Shown here piece by piece: positions 62,640-64,000 of a stretch of 64,000 nt of DNA. The notes below the pieces were generated by a model. That model had not been told where the DNA came from. It saw only the letters and a list, made by a program, of their open reading frames with translations, and did not search any database. How positions within the stretch are numbered: the first letter of the stretch is position 1; each line of letters starts with the position of its first letter. Location: assembly GCF_009914755.1 (NCBI RefSeq), contig NC_060931.1; one strand, given 5' to 3'. The position numbers were made by a program, and so were the translations under genes. Source of the DNA: the human T2T-CHM13v2.0 reference genome, Homo sapiens.

Positions 62640-63300
62640 ATCTCTTATTCATTCAATAATCTTCACTGAACATCTATCACAGGCCAGAATCCCTTTACAT
62701 AGCTGTTGTTCTCGAGGGGCTCATAAATCTAATGGGGCAAGCTGAGGGATCAACAGATAGTTCTGGGACAGTGTGATGAGAACAATGGTAAGAGATGTGT
62801 GCAGATACCAGGGAGCTCAGGGAAGGGCAACTGGCCAGCTGAGAATATGAATTGGGCCAGGAAGCAGGGGACAGTTTCTGAGGGAGGTTATGGCCCAGGT
62901 GAGCCTCCAGGGATGAGCAGAAGACACTCAGAGGGAGAGGCAGGGGAAGGCTGACTCCAGGAGCCACAAGGCAAGGGAAGAGCAGAAAGAGCCAGCAGCA
63001 GAGGGTGAAGAACCAGAATGTGCTGGATGTGGTTGTAGCATCAAGAGGCCGGAAGTGGTGAGGAGTGAGGCAGTAGGGAGGTAGAAGGCTGGCATGCCCT
63101 GAGATGCCTGGGATTTATTCTCTCAGCAAGAAGCTTTTGAATGGGTCTTAAGCTGGGAAGTGACATGGCTGGATCTGCTCCTTAGATGAGTGACCCTAAT
63201 GTCTGGGCTAGAGGGAGACAAGACCCAGGTCAGCAGGACCAGTTATCATAGGTGAGAGTTGATAAGGGCCTCACTATTACACAGTTATAGAAATGGAGAA
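62640..63300 (-). mobile_element. L2 fragment
   Basis: attcattcaataa...tgaacatcta; tttgaatgggtcttaagctgggaagtgacatg. Confidence 0.55.
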
Positions 63301-63935
63301 ATGCAAAGGAGGAATATTTTGGAGAAAATTGCCTGTGCACTTAAAAATACATTTTTTACCCTATAGTTCATTATTACTAGTATTCTCAGATAATTACAAG
63401 GGGTTCTCCTTTGCAAGCTTTCTTTTGTTGCCTACTACAATACACTTTGTTCCAAATGTTTTTTATGACAATTCTTGATTTATAAGAACTGCTAAAGTTG
63501 TCATGATGAAATACAGCCACTTCTCTGCCTGCTTAGTAACAATAGCAGACAAAAAAAAGCAATGCTGACCTTGCTAAATTTACTTCTGGGGATACACAGA
63601 CCTAGATAAGAAAGCGCGTAATGTAGTATTTAAAAAGTTATTTGTAAGGTTTACTTAACCCTATCACAGCAATGGAAAGAACTTTAAGAACAATACACAG
63701 GTTTACCCAAACATCCACCCCTAAATTAGGATGAAAACATAAATCATCTCTAAAATATGTTCTAAAATATAACCCAATATAGAAACAATACTTTGAAAAA
63801 GACATTCTCCCTGACAGCAATCTTACAAGAATATTCATTTCAGTCATTTTTTTCTCTTTTCAAAATGATAAGATAGTGAGGTGTTATTTCAGCACTGTTT
63901 TTTACTGCCCATCGCCACCATCTGACTGATGTTAC

Positions 63936-64000
63936 CTTATGCACGATGAGCTCATGAGTGCCATCTGGAAGAGTCCTACCATCTTCTTGCATCAGAGGGA
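63936..64000 (-). CDS. DOCK4: DOCK4 coding exon ~16 (3' part, truncated by window edge), ...PLMQEDGRTLPDGTHELIVHK
   Basis: Reverse complement translates to the recognised DOCK4 DHR-1 peptide. Donor AAG|GTAACA, phase 0. Confidence 0.96.

Overview
This is primate (very probably human) genomic DNA lying entirely inside the DOCK4 gene (dedicator of cytokinesis 4, a Rac GEF), transcribed on the minus strand. I traced 11 coding exons, the first truncated by the window edge. All introns are GT-AG and the phases chain into one open frame, from ...PLMQEDGRTLPDGTHELIVHK to ...QQLLDSFNTKEELR (end of the DHR-1/C2 domain plus the helical middle region). Exon numbers 16-26 come from my memory of the reference transcript and cannot be checked here. 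The introns hold about 20 Alus (one near-perfect AluYa5), old L1/L2/MIR fragments and eight LTRs, several of them nested. The most unusual region is intron 25. It has a 183-bp, 182/183-identical inverted repeat of apparently non-transposon sequence starting at intron position +43, an adjacent L1 micro-inversion, and a 108-nt in-frame candidate cassette exon with strong splice signals. Other candidates are a competing frameshifting donor 5 nt past exon 23, a 40-nt poison-exon candidate, a G-quadruplex created by a tandem duplication, and an unusually long target-site duplication. Repeat subfamily names are by-eye recognition, not RepeatMasker output.
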